In this document: piece by piece, positions 44,309 to 56,200 of the stretch
How positions within the stretch are numbered: the stretch's first letter is position 1
How the letters are laid out: every line of letters starts with the position of its first letter
From: Scyliorhinus canicula
Lineage: Eukaryota
Length of the DNA: 64,000 bases
Reading direction: 5' to 3'
Assembly (NCBI RefSeq): GCF_902713615.1
Contig: NC_052158.1
Span: forward strand, 38,307,729 to 38,371,728
Program-made: the position numbers and the translations under genes
Notes under the pieces: generated by a model
Database searches by the model: none
Told to the model about the DNA's origin: nothing
Seen by the model: only the letters and a program-made list of their open reading frames with translations

Positions 44309-45204
44309 CCAACCTGTTGACCATTGTGATCCTCTCCCGGGGAAAATGTGGCCTCTCCAAATGCATTACCATTTACCTAGTGTCCATGGCAGCAGCAGAT
44401 CTACTGGTCCTGATATTTGACGTGATCGTGTATGAGATGAATGAAATCTATTTTCCAGATTCCTTCCTGGACTTCACTCCTGTCTGCAGTTTGAATTTCT
44501 TCTTAGTTTTTGCTTCCATTGAATGTTCCGTCTGGTTAACTGTTGCTTTCACGTTTGATCGATTTGTTGCCATATGTTGCCAAAAAATATCGACACAATA
44601 TTGCACTGCCAAAACTGCGGGAGTCGTTGTAGCGACAATATGGGGGTTCAGTATTCTGGAAAACATCCCGATTTACTTTACCTTTAAACCTCGCATAATA
44701 ATCAACAATATATTATGGTTCTGCGATATAAAATTTAGCCTATATACTGAACCTATATGGGTTACATTCTTATGGGTGGACATAGCTTTAATGCCATTTA
44801 TTCCCTTTGTCTTGATTCTAATATTCAATGGCCTGACCATCAGGCATATTGTACTGACGAGCAGGATCAGGAAAGGTCTCCGGAACAGTGACAGTGATCC
44901 AGAAATGGAAAACCGAAGGAAGTCCATCGTTTTACTGTTGGCCATATCTGGCAGCTTTATAATGTTATGGCTGGTAACTTTTATTCATTATATATTAGTA
45001 CAGATTATGGAAATCCAATACCTGCATGGAGACTATAACAATCCTTTCACCATAATGGAGCAAACAGGATATATGCTGCAGCATCTGAGTTCCTGTTCAA
45101 ACACCATCATTTACGCAGTGTCCCAGACTAAATTCAGAGAGGAGTTAAAGAACCTGTTTAATTATCCAGTGACTCTAATTATTAAGTTAGGGAAATTATG
45201 TTAA
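44309..45204 (+). CDS. GPR139/GPR142-like GPCR gene 3, exon 2 (spliced product 321 aa, intact)
   Basis: Acceptor ttttgcattttcag| at 44308, phase-compatible with exon 1. Motifs: ANLLTIVILSRGKCGLS, MAAADLLV, AFTFDRFVAIC, WFC, RRKSIVLL, SSCSNTIIY. No internal stops. Confidence 0.93.
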
Positions 45205-46804
45205 GCGGTGAGTATAACAATAATTGCTCAATTAAAGAGAGACTCACTTCCATTGTAATTTTGAAAAATAGATAAAAACATGAAGTGGAAGGTGGGGTGG
45301 GGTGTGTCATTAGCGACTGATCTGCCAGCCCTGGTCGAGTAGAACATCCGTGTCTGGAACAGGCAAAGTCAATGCAAGCTGAAGTTTACAACTATGCCCC
45401 ACTTCGATGTTTCACCTTCTCACTAAGATGTTCCCTTCAAACCTTTGCAGCTTCCGGCATTTTAACTTTTACACTTGGCTTCTTGGAGTTGCCAGAAGTT
45501 ATGCTACACATTTTGTACAAATTACGACTGCGATCGTAGGGTTAGCAGCATCTTTCCCTCTCAGTTACCAGGGTGAATTAGTCTCCAGGTATTGCGGATG
45601 AAGCTGACGAACTCTGAGGATGTGGGAAGGATCATGCTCCATTGTAAATTCAGTGATTGAAGAGAATTTTGATATCCACTGTTTTAACACGCAAGAGCTG
45701 ACTGTGCACATCAGGCCCATGTTCAAGCTTCTGCGAATTAGGAAATCAATATTCACGACTCATATCTTAATTGCCAGAAATGCATTGGTTCCGCAATGTC
45801 GTTGTACAATATGTAATATGTTGTGTCATCTGACATACAATTTATGCAACTGTATATCAGAATTAGCAAGTGTCTTTGAAATTAAACAATGGAACAATCT
45901 GTTAATAAACCCATTGAAGCATAAAGCATGCGTAATGTATTCGATTTGCTCAAAAAACGATTGATTTTCTATTTTCGATGCGTCTTTGGTTCCAGTTCAA
46001 GTCTGGCGTTTAACCCTCTTGCAGGTATGTCTTAAACGATATTGTAATCTAGGGGGTGAAAAATAAGTGTTAGATAACCCAGTGGAAGTAGCGCAGAGCA
46101 GTGTGGTGAATGAAGTCACTTGGTCATTTCCATTTCTTGATCTTTCCACTACAAGTAGCTCCTTGGTCAACTGCACCAGTTCAACTACAAATAGCCGATT
46201 CCCACTTTATCTGTCAATTCGGCTGCAGTAAATTGGATAATTTAATTTCTAATTTGCATTCAGTGACCATGTGCCGATCGCCATCTCTGATGGAATGACT
46301 GGCAATCTTTAACTCACAGCTTCTGCTGAAACGTGATGAATTAGCCTGTCCTGACCTTCACGAATACTTCCCTACAACCTGTCACCTTCTGCCAGTTCGC
46401 GCCCGCATTCTAACAAGGGCTTCTAGTCATTGCAAACATTGCAGTGGCATTGATTTTTTTTTTAAATATGAGCGAGAAGAGGATCCAGCCTTACTCCTAC
46501 TGAGCCATGACATAGAGGGAATGTCTGGGTGCGGTGGTTGACTGCTAGATTGGTTGGCAGGGAGCTGATATTTGATGTGGAGCTTGGGGCTTGAGGGGAA
46601 CAACTGACTGAGATGCAGTTCCTGATAACCAGTCAGTGATTACTGTGGCCTGATGAGACATGTGGAAAGTCATATCTCCAAGTGTCTGAGGAATTCAATC
46701 GGTGATGCACCATTGATAGAACCAGAAGTGCACCACATCCACACCCCTTGCTTTTTTCGCCTTCCCAATCTGATTACATTTGAAATGTAAAGTGCAAGGG
46801 GCGT

Positions 46805-47120
46805 GAGCGGGAGACACAGTAGCACAGTGGTTAGCACAGTTGCTCCACAGCTCCAGGGTCCCACGTTCGATTCCCGGCTTGGGTCACTGTCTGCACATTC
46901 TTCTCGTGCCTGTGTGGGTTTCCCCAGGGTGCTCCGGTTTCCTCCCACAGTCCAAAGATGTGCAGATTAGATGAATTGGCCATGCTAAATTGTCCTTAGT
47001 GTCCCAAAAAAGAGGTTAGGTTGGATTACGGCTATGGGCTTAAGTGAGGAGCTATTTCCAAGGGCCGTGCAGATTCGGTGGGCCGATTGGCCTCCTTCTG
47101 CACTGTACATTCTATGATTC
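46805..47120 (+). mobile_element. HE1-like V-SINE
   Basis: Head cacagtagcacagtggttagcacagttgctccacagctccagggtcccacgttcgattcccggc. Confidence 0.85.
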
Positions 47121-50100
47121 TGCAGAGAGGGAGTTTTGAAAGCCGTCATCAGTTGACAATACTATCCCTTCAACTGGGATAGAAAAGAGCCTCCGTGGAG
47201 GAGGTCCTGCATCAGAGCCAAAATAAATCTTACTCTCCAAGTACATTGTCATTTAACAAAAAACCTATTAAAGGTAGCACGGGTGATCTGCACATTTAAA
47301 ATGCACTTGTAAATACTTCATATTGCACTGGCTTCACCATTCATGTGTTATTTAATGAGAGGAATTTAATGCGCTACTTAATGAGAGGAACCTCGTCAAA
47401 GACCTAAATGTGTGTCTCATGGATAGCATGCGTTCATGATGGGTACAGGGAAGTTGACGACATTGCCTCGATTCTGAAAGAAACCATGTTGTATATAGAA
47501 GATAGAAAAATACAGCACAGAACAGGTCCTTCGGCACATGATGTTGTGCCGAAATTTTATCCTAGATTAAGAACAAATTAATCTACACTCTATCATTCTA
47601 CCATAATCCTTGTACCTATCCAATAGCTGCTTGAAGGTCCCTAATGTTTCCGACTCAACTACTTCCACAGGCAGTGCATTCCATGCTCTCTGGGAAAAGA
47701 ACCTACCTCTGACATTCCCCCTATATCTTCCACCATTCACCTTAAATTTATGCCCCCTTGTAATGGTTTGTTCCACCCGGTGAAAAAGTCTCTGACTGTC
47801 TACTCTATCTGTTCCTCTAATCATCTTATAAACCTCTATCAAGTCGCCCCTCATCCTTCTCCGTTCTAAAGAGAAAGGGCCTAGCACCCTCAACCTTTCC
47901 TTGTAAGACCTACTCTCCATTCCAGGCAACATCCTGGTAAATTTCCTTTGCACCTTTTCCAAAGCTTCCACATCCTTCCTAAAATGAGGTGACCAGAACT
48001 GCACAGAGTACTCCAAAAGTGGCCTTACCAAGGTTTTGTACAGCTGCATCATCACCTCACGGCTCTTAAATTCAATCCCTCTGCTAATGAACGCTAGCAT
48101 ACCATAGGCCTTCTTCACAGCTCTATCCACTTGAGTGGCAACTTTCAAAGATCTATGAACATGGACCCCAAGATCTCTCTGCTCCTCCATATTGCAAAGA
48201 ACCCTACCATTAATCCTGTATTACGCATTCATATTTGTCCTTCCAAAATGGACAATCTCACACTTTTCAGGGTTAAACTCCACCTGCCACTTCTCAGCCC
48301 AGCTCTGCATCCTATCTATGTCTCTTTCCAGCTGACAACAGCCCTCCTCACTATCCACAACTCCACTAATCTTCGTATCATCTGCAAATTTACTGACCCA
48401 CCCTTCAACTCCCTCATCCAAGTCGTTAATGAAAATCACAAACAGCAGAGGACCCAGAACTGATCCCTCCGGTACGCCACTGGTAACTAGGCTCCAGGCT
48501 GAATATTTGCCATCCACCACCACGCTCTGACTTTTATCGGTTAGCCAGTTTGTTATCCAACTGGCCAAATTTCCCACAATCTCATGCCTCCTTACTTTCT
48601 GCATAATGTACCATGACAAACCTTATCAAATGCCTTACTAAAATCCATGTACACTACATCCACTGCTTTACCTTCAAGCACATGCTTGGTCACCTCCTCA
48701 AAGAATTCAATAAGACTTGTGAGGCAAGATCCACCCTTCACAAATCCATGCTGACTATCCTTAATCAAGCAGTGTCTTTCCAGGTGCTCAGAAATCCTAT
48801 CCCTCAGAACCCTTTCCATTACTTTGCCGACCACCGAAGTAAGACTAACTGGCCTGTAATTCCCAGGGTTCTCCCTATTCCCTTTTTTGAACAGGGGCAT
48901 GACATTCGCCACTCTCCAATCCCCTGGTACCACCCTTGTTGACAGTGAGGGCGAAAAGATCATTGCCAACGGCTCAGCAATTTCATCTCTTGCTTCCCAT
49001 AGAATCCTTGGATATATCCCATCAGGCCCACGGGGCCTTGTCTATCCTCATTTTTCAAAATGACCAACACATCTTCCTTCCTAACAAGCATCTCCTCGAG
49101 CTTACCAGACTGTTTCACACTGTCCTCTCCAACAATATGGGCCCTCTCATTCATAAATACTGCAGAAAAGTACTCGTTCAAGACCTCTCCTATCTATTCT
49201 GACTCAATACACAATCTCCCGCTACTGTCCATGATCGGACCTACCCTCGCTCTAGTCATTCTCATATTTCTCATGTATGTGTAAAAGGCCTTGGAGTTTT
49301 CCTTGATTGTACCCACCAAAGATTTTTCAAAAGAACATAAGAACTAGGAGCAGGAGTAGGCCATCTGGCCCCTCGAGACTGCTCCGCCATTCAATGGGAT
49401 CATGGCTGATCATTTGTGGACTCAGTTCCACTTTCCGGCCCGAACACCATAACCCTTAATCCCTTTATTCTTCAAAAAACTATCTATCTTTACCTTAAAA
49501 ACATTTAATGAAGGAGCCTCAACTGCTTCACTGGGCAAAGAATTTCATAGATTCACAACCTTTTGGGTGAAGAAGTTCCTCTTAAACTCAGTCCTAAATC
49601 TACTTCCCCTTATTTTGAGGCTATGCCCCTAGTTCTGCTTTCACCCACCAGTGGAAACAACCTGCCCGCATCTATCTTATCTATTCCCTTCAAAATTTTA
49701 TATGTTTCTGTAAGATCCCTCCTCGTCCTAAATTCCAACGAGTACAGTCCCAGTCTACTCAACCTCTCCTCGTAATCCAACCCCTTCAGCTCTGGGATTA
49801 ACCTCGTGAATCTCCTCTGCACACCCTCCAGTGCCAGTATGTCCTTTCTCAGGTAAGGAGACCAAAACTGAACACAATACTCCAGATGTGGTCTCACTAA
49901 CTCCTTATACAATTGCAGCATAACCTCACTAGTCTTAAACTCCATCCCTCTGGCAATGAAGGACAAAATTCTATTTGCCTTCTTAATCACCTGTTGCACC
50001 TGTAAACCAACTTTTTGCGACTCGTGCACTAGCACATCCAGGTCTCTCTGCGCAGCAGCATGTCTTAATATTTTGCCATTTAAATAATAATCCCTTTTGC

Positions 50101-50295
50101 TGTTATTCCTACCAAAATGGATAACCTGACATTTGTCAACATTGTATTCTATCTGCCAGACCCTAGCCCATTCATTTAACCTATCCAAATCCCTCTGCAG
50201 ACTTCTGGTATCCTCTGCACTTTTTGCTTTACCACTCATCTTAGTGTCATCTGCAAACTTGGACACATTGCCCTTGGTCCCCAACTCCAAATCAG

Positions 50296-53254
50296 GGGCG
50301 GGATTCTCCGACCCCACGCAGGGTCGGAGAATCGGCGGGCAGCGGCGTTATTTCCGCTCCCGCAGGGTTTTTAAATCTCCCACCGGCCAAAAACCGGCGC
50401 TGTGCAAATCCCGCCGGCAGCCTCTGAAAACAGTTGGCGCCGGCGGGATTTAATTTTTTTTTTTTTAGTGTCCACAAATCTCCGGCCCGGATGGGCTGAA
50501 GTCCCGCCGACGTAGCCACGGGTCACGTCGGCGAAAATCACAGTTGCTTTAAAACGTCGTCAACCATTAATGATGGTTGATGCCGTTCAGTGTCGGGGGG
50601 GGTGGGTTGCGGCATCGGGGGGGGTGGGTTGCGGCATCGGGGGTGGGTGGGTTGCGGCATCGGGGGGGGTGGGTTGCGGCATCGGGGGGGTGGGTTGCGG
50701 CATCGGGGGGGGTTGCGGCATTGGGGGGGGCTGGGTTGCGGCATCGGGGGGGGTGGGTTGCGGCATCGGGGGGGGTTGCGGCATGGGGGGGTGGGTTGCG
50801 GCATGGGGGGGGTGTTGCGGCATCGGGGGGGTGGGTTGCGGCATGGGGGGGTGGGTTGCGACATCGGGGGGGTGGGTTGCGGCATGGGGGGGTGGGTTGC
50901 GGCATCGGGGGGGTGGGTTGCGGCTTCGGGGGGGTGGGTTGCGGCATGGGGGGGTGGGTTGCGGCATCGGGGGGGGTTTGGGGGCAGCGGCGTGCAGAGA
51001 GGGGGGGCGACGGATGCCCGGGGCCAACGCACCGTCGCCCCCCCCCTCTGTACGCCGCTACCCCCTACCCCAACCACCCCCCCTCACCACCCCTACCCCC
51101 CTCCCCACCACCCCTACCCCCCTCCAACGCCGCCCCCCCATCTCTCGCAACGCCGCAACCCCCCACCCGCAACGCCGCAACCCCCCACCCGCAATGACGC
51201 AACCCCCCACCCTCAACGCCGCAACCCCCCCTCATCGCAGGGTCCCCCCCCTCAACGACGGTACCCACACACCCCCCCCCCCTCTCTCCTCCTCCCCCCC
51301 TTCCTTCCTCCCCCCCCCTTCCTCCTCCCCCCTTCCTTCCTCCTCCCCCCTTCCTTCCTCCGTTATTGGGGGGGGTGCGGCGTTAGTGGGGGGGGTGCGG
51401 CGTTAGTGGGGGGGGTGCGGCGTTGGAGTGGGGTAGGGGTGGTGAAGGGGGTAGGGGTGGTGAGGGGAGGGGGTTGGGGTAGGGGCAGCGGCGTGCAGAG
51501 GGGGGGCGACGGTGCGTTGGCCCCGGGCATCCATCGCCCCCCCTCTCTGCACGCCGCTGCCCCCAACCCCCCCTTCACCACCCCTACCCCCCTCCAACGC
51601 CGCACCCCCCGACCCCCCACTAACGCCGCACCCCCCCCCCCACTAATGAGGAAGAAGGGGGGGAGGAGGAAGGAAGGGGGGAGGAGGAAGGAGGGGGGTG
51701 TGGGTATCGGCCTTCAGAGGGAGGGGGACGGGGTGTGGGTACCGGCGTTGAGGGGGGGGGGAGACCCGGCGTTGAGAGGGGGGGGGGGTTGTGGCGTTGC
51801 GAGAGATGGGGGGGGTGGCGTTGGAGGGGGGTAGGGGTGGAGGGGGGTAGGGGTGGAGGGGGGTAGGGGTGGTGAGGGGGAGGGAGGTAGGGGTGGTGAG
51901 GGGGGGGTGGTTGGGGTAGGGGGTAGCGGCGTACAGAGGGGGGGGGCGACCGTGCGTTGGCCCCGGGCATCCGTCGCCCCCCCTCTCTGCACGCCGCTGC
52001 CCCCAAACCCCCCCCCCCGATGCCGCAACCCCCCCCCCGATGCCACAACCCCCTCCCCGATGCCGCAACCCCCCCCCCCCGATGCCGCAACCCCCCCCCC
52101 GATGCCGGGTCTGTCTCTCTCCTCCCCCCCCCCCCAAATGCCGGGTCTGTCTCTCTCCTCCTCCCCCCCCCAAATGCCGGGTTTGTCTCTCTCCTCCCCC
52201 CCCCCCCAAATGCCGGGTCTGTCTCTCTCCTCCTCCCCCCCCAAATGCCGGGTCTGTCTCTCTCCTCCCCCCCCCCCCCAAATGCCGGGTCTGTCTCTCT
52301 CCTCCCCCCCCCAAATGCCGGGTCTGTCTCTCTCCTCCTCCCACCCCCCCAAATGCCGGGTCTGTCTCTCTCCTCCTCCCTCCCCCAAATGCCGGGTCTG
52401 TCTCTCTCCTCCTCCCTCCCCCCCAAATGCCGGGTCTGTCTCTCTCCTCCCCCCCCCCAAATGCCGGGTCTGTCTCTCTCCTCCCCCCCCAAATGCCGGG
52501 TCTGTCTCTCTCCTCCTCCCCCCCCCCCCCCCAAAATGCCGGTCTGTCTCTCTCCTCCCCCCCCCCCCACCCCCATGCCGGGTCGCTCTTCTCCCCCCCC
52601 CCCCCCATGCCGGGTCGCTCTTCTCCCCCCCCAATGCTGGGTCGCTCTTCTCCCCCACCCCCATGCCGGGTCGCTCTTCTGCTCCCCCCCCCCCATGCCG
52701 GGTCGCTCTTCTCCCCCCCCCCCATGCCGGGTCGCTCTTCTCCCCCCCCACCCAATGCCGGGTCGCTCTTCTCCTCCCCCCCCCCCCATGCCGGTTCACT
52801 CTTCACCCCCCCCCCCCCATGCCGGGTCGCTCTTCTCCTCCCCCCCCCATGCCGGGTCGCTCTTCTCCTCTCCCCCCCCATGCCGGGTCGCTCTTCTCCT
52901 CCCCCCCCCCCCCACATGCCGGGTCGCTCTTCTCCTCCCCCCCCCCATGCCGGGTCGCTCTTCTCCTGTCCCCCCCCCCCCCATGCCGGGTCGCTCTTCT
53001 CCTCCCCCCCCCCAATCATGCCGGGTCGCTCTTCTCCCCCCACCCCACTGGGTCTCTCTCTCTGCCCACCACACAAACGCCGGGACTCGCCACTTCCGCA
53101 GCTGGAGAAACTGACGCCTATCGTGTCAGTCCGCTGCTGGCCCTTCCGGGAACGGAGATTGCCAGCTTAAAAGAAGGCCCAGACGCCGGAGTCATGCACA
53201 CCGCTTTTTCCCGCCGGAAATGGGCGTCACGTCGGTCCGCGGAGATTTTCGCCC
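50296..53254. mobile_element. GC-rich TIR element (Harbinger-like MITE) expanded by internal minisatellites, inserted in CR1 RT
   Basis: TIRs gggcgggattctcc and ggagattttcgccc with CAG/CTG flanks. It splits CR1 RT between LFTIY and DLELGTK. Confidence 0.75.
50590..53045. repeat. G/C-rich minisatellite and inverted-repeat complex
   Basis: About 20-nt units gggttgcggcatcg(g)n at 50590-50975 and inverted at about 52010-52105. About 30-nt units aaatgccgggtctgtctctctcc(c)n at 52100-52560. Units ccatgccgggtcgctcttct(c)n at 52570-53045. Three copies of a hairpin module at about 50980, 51480 and 51900. Confidence 0.9.
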
Positions 53255-56200
53255 CTGGTGTGTAAATTGTGAACAATTGTGGGCCCAACACTGATCCCTG
53301 AGGGACACAACTAGCTACTGATTGCCAACCAGAGAAACATCCATTAATCCCCACTCTTTGCTTTCTATTAATTAACCAATCCTCTATCCATGCTACTACT
53401 TTACCCTTAATGCCATGAATCTTTATCTTATGCAGCAACCTTTTGTGTGACACCTTGTCAAAGGCTTTCTGGAAATCCAGATATACCACATCCATTGGCT
53501 CCCCGTTATCTACCGCACTGGTAATGTCCTCAAAAAATTCCACTAAATTAGTTAGGCATGACCTGCCCCTTATGAACCCATGATGCGTCTGCCCAATGGG
53601 ACAATTTCCATCCAGATGCCTCGCTATTTGTTCCTTTATGGTAGATTCCAGCATCTTCCCTACTACCGAAGTTAAGCTCACTGGCCTATAATTACCCGCT
53701 TTCTGCCTACCTCCTTTTTAAAACAGTGGTATCACGTTTGCTAATTTCCAATCCACCGGGACCACCCCAGAGTCTAGTGAATTTTCGTAAATTATCACTA
53801 GCGCATTTGCAATTTCCCTAGCCATCTCTTTTAGCACTCTGGGATGCATTCCATCAGGGCCAGGAGACTTGTCTATCTTTAGCCCCATTAGCTTGCCCAT
53901 CACTACCTCCTTAGTGATAAAAATCATCTCAAGGTCCTCACCTGTCATAGCCTCATTTCTATCAGTCACTGGTATGTTATTTGTGTCTTCCACTGTGAAG
54001 ACTGACCCAAAAAACCTGCTCAGTTCCTCAGCTATTTCCTCATCTCCCATTATTAAGTCTCCCTTCTCATCCTCTAAAGGACCAATATTTACCTTAGCCA
54101 CTCTTTTTTGTTTATATATTTGTAGAAACTTTTACTATCTGTTTTTATATTCTGAGCAAGTTTACTCTCATAATCTATTTTACTCTTCTATATAACTTTT
54201 TTAGTAGCTTTCTGCTGCCCCCTAAAGATTTCCCAGTCCTCTAGTCTCCCACTAATCATTGCCACTTTGTATTCTTTTTCCTTCAATTTGATACACTCCC
54301 TTATTTGTTTTTTTATCCATGGTTAATTTTCTCTCTTTCTACTGTCCTTCCTTGTTGTTGGTATAAACCTTTGCTCAGCACTGTGAAAAATCGCTTGCAA
54401 GGTTCTCCACTGTTCCTCAACTGTTTCACCATAAAGTATTTGCTCCCAGTCTACCTTAGCTAGTTCTTCTCTCATCCCTTTGTAATCTCCTTTGTTTAAG
54501 CACAAAACACTAGTGTTTGATTTTACCTTCTCACCCTCCATCTCTATTTTAAATTCCACCATATTGTGATCGCTCCTTCCGAGAGGGTCCCTAACTATGA
54601 GATTATTAATTAATCCTGTCTCATTACACAGGACCAGATCTAGGACCGCTTGTTCCCTCGTAGGTTCCATTACATACTGTTCTAGGAAACTATTGCGGAT
54701 ACATTCTATAAACTCCTCCTCAAGGCTGCCTTGACCAACCTGGTTAAACCAATCAACATGTAGATTAAAATCCCCCATGATAACTGCTGTACCACTTCTA
54801 CATGCATCAGTTATTTATTTGTTTATTGCCTGCCCCACCATAATGTTACTATTTGGTTGCCTATAGACTGCTCATATCAGTGACTTTTTTGCCATGCTAT
54901 TCATGATTTCCACCCAAATGGATTAAATCTCATCCTCCATCGCGCCGATGTCATCCCTTACTATTGCCCGGATGTCATCCTTAAATAACAGAGCTACACC
55001 ACCTCCCTTACCATCCACTCTGTCCTTCCGAATAGTTTGATACCCTCAGATATTTAACTCCCAGTCCTGACCATCCTTTAACCATGTTTCAGTAATGGCC
55101 ACTAAGTCATAGTCATTCACGATGATTTGCACCATCAACTCATTTACCTTATTCCGAATTCTACGAGCATTCAGGTAAAGTACACTTATGTTGGCTTTTA
55201 TACCTTTGTTTTGAATCTTAACACCTCGATCAGTAACCTTTCCTAAGTTATATTTCCTCTTCACGTTTCTCCTAATTTTCCTTGCATTTGAACCCATATC
55301 TTCATGTAACAACCTCCCGTGTCGCTTACAATTTATGTTTTTAGTTCCAGTTTTATTCCTTTTCGTATTACTGGGCCTAATTCACTGAGCGCCCCTCAGT
55401 CACTGTACCTTGCACTGTCGCTTTTTTGATTTTTGACTATGTCTTCTCTGCCTTAAACTTTCCCCCTTACTGCCTTTTGTTTCTGTCCCTGTTTTACTAC
55501 CTTCCGACTTCCTGCATTGGTTCCCATCCCCCTGCCACATTAGTTTAAACCCTCCCCAACAGCTCTAGCAAACACCCCCCCCCCCCCCCCCCCCAGGACA
55601 TTGGTTCCAGTCCTTCCCACGTGCAGACCGTCCGGTTTGTACTGGGCACATCTCCCCCAGAACCGGTTCCAATGCCCCAGGATTTGAAGCCCTCTCTCTT
55701 GCACCATCTCTCGAGCCACGCATTCATCCTATCTATTCTGGCATTCCTACTCTGACTAACTTGTGGCACTGGTAGTAATCCTGAGATTACTACCTTCTTT
55801 GAGGTCCTACTTTTTAGTTCAACTCCTAACCCTAAATTTAGCTTGTAGGACCTCGTCCCATTTTTTAACCTATATCATTGGTGCCTATGTGCACCACAAC
55901 ATCTGCCTGTTCACCTCCCACCCCCAGAATGTCCTGCAGCCACTCCGAGACATCCTTGACCCTTGCACCTGGGAGGCAACATACCATCCTGGAGTCTCGA
56001 TTGCATCCGCAGAACCGCCTTTCTATTCCCCTTATGATTGAGTCCCCTATCACAATAGCCCGGCCATTCTTCTTCCTGCCCTGCTGCGCAGCAGAGCCAG
56101 CCATGGTTACACGAACCTGGCTGCTGCTGCCTTCCCCTGGTGAGTCATCTCCCTCAACAGTATCCAAAGCGGTGTATCTGTTTTGCAGGGAGATGACGGC

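Noticed and set aside
45480-45960. Non-repetitive-looking stretch with a moderately long, stop-interrupted minus-strand frame
   Set aside because: No recognisable motif or convincing splice sites. It needs tBLASTx or HHpred before any claim.
50590-53045. Regularly spaced repeats superficially like a CRISPR array (also 58929-59328 and 59757-59878)
   Set aside because: No unique spacers, no cas genes, and a vertebrate context; these are tandem repeats.
50538-53265. Many long overlapping Pro/Gly/Arg-rich ORFs (up to 477 aa) on both strands
   Set aside because: Artefacts of stop-poor G/C minisatellites inside a TIR element.
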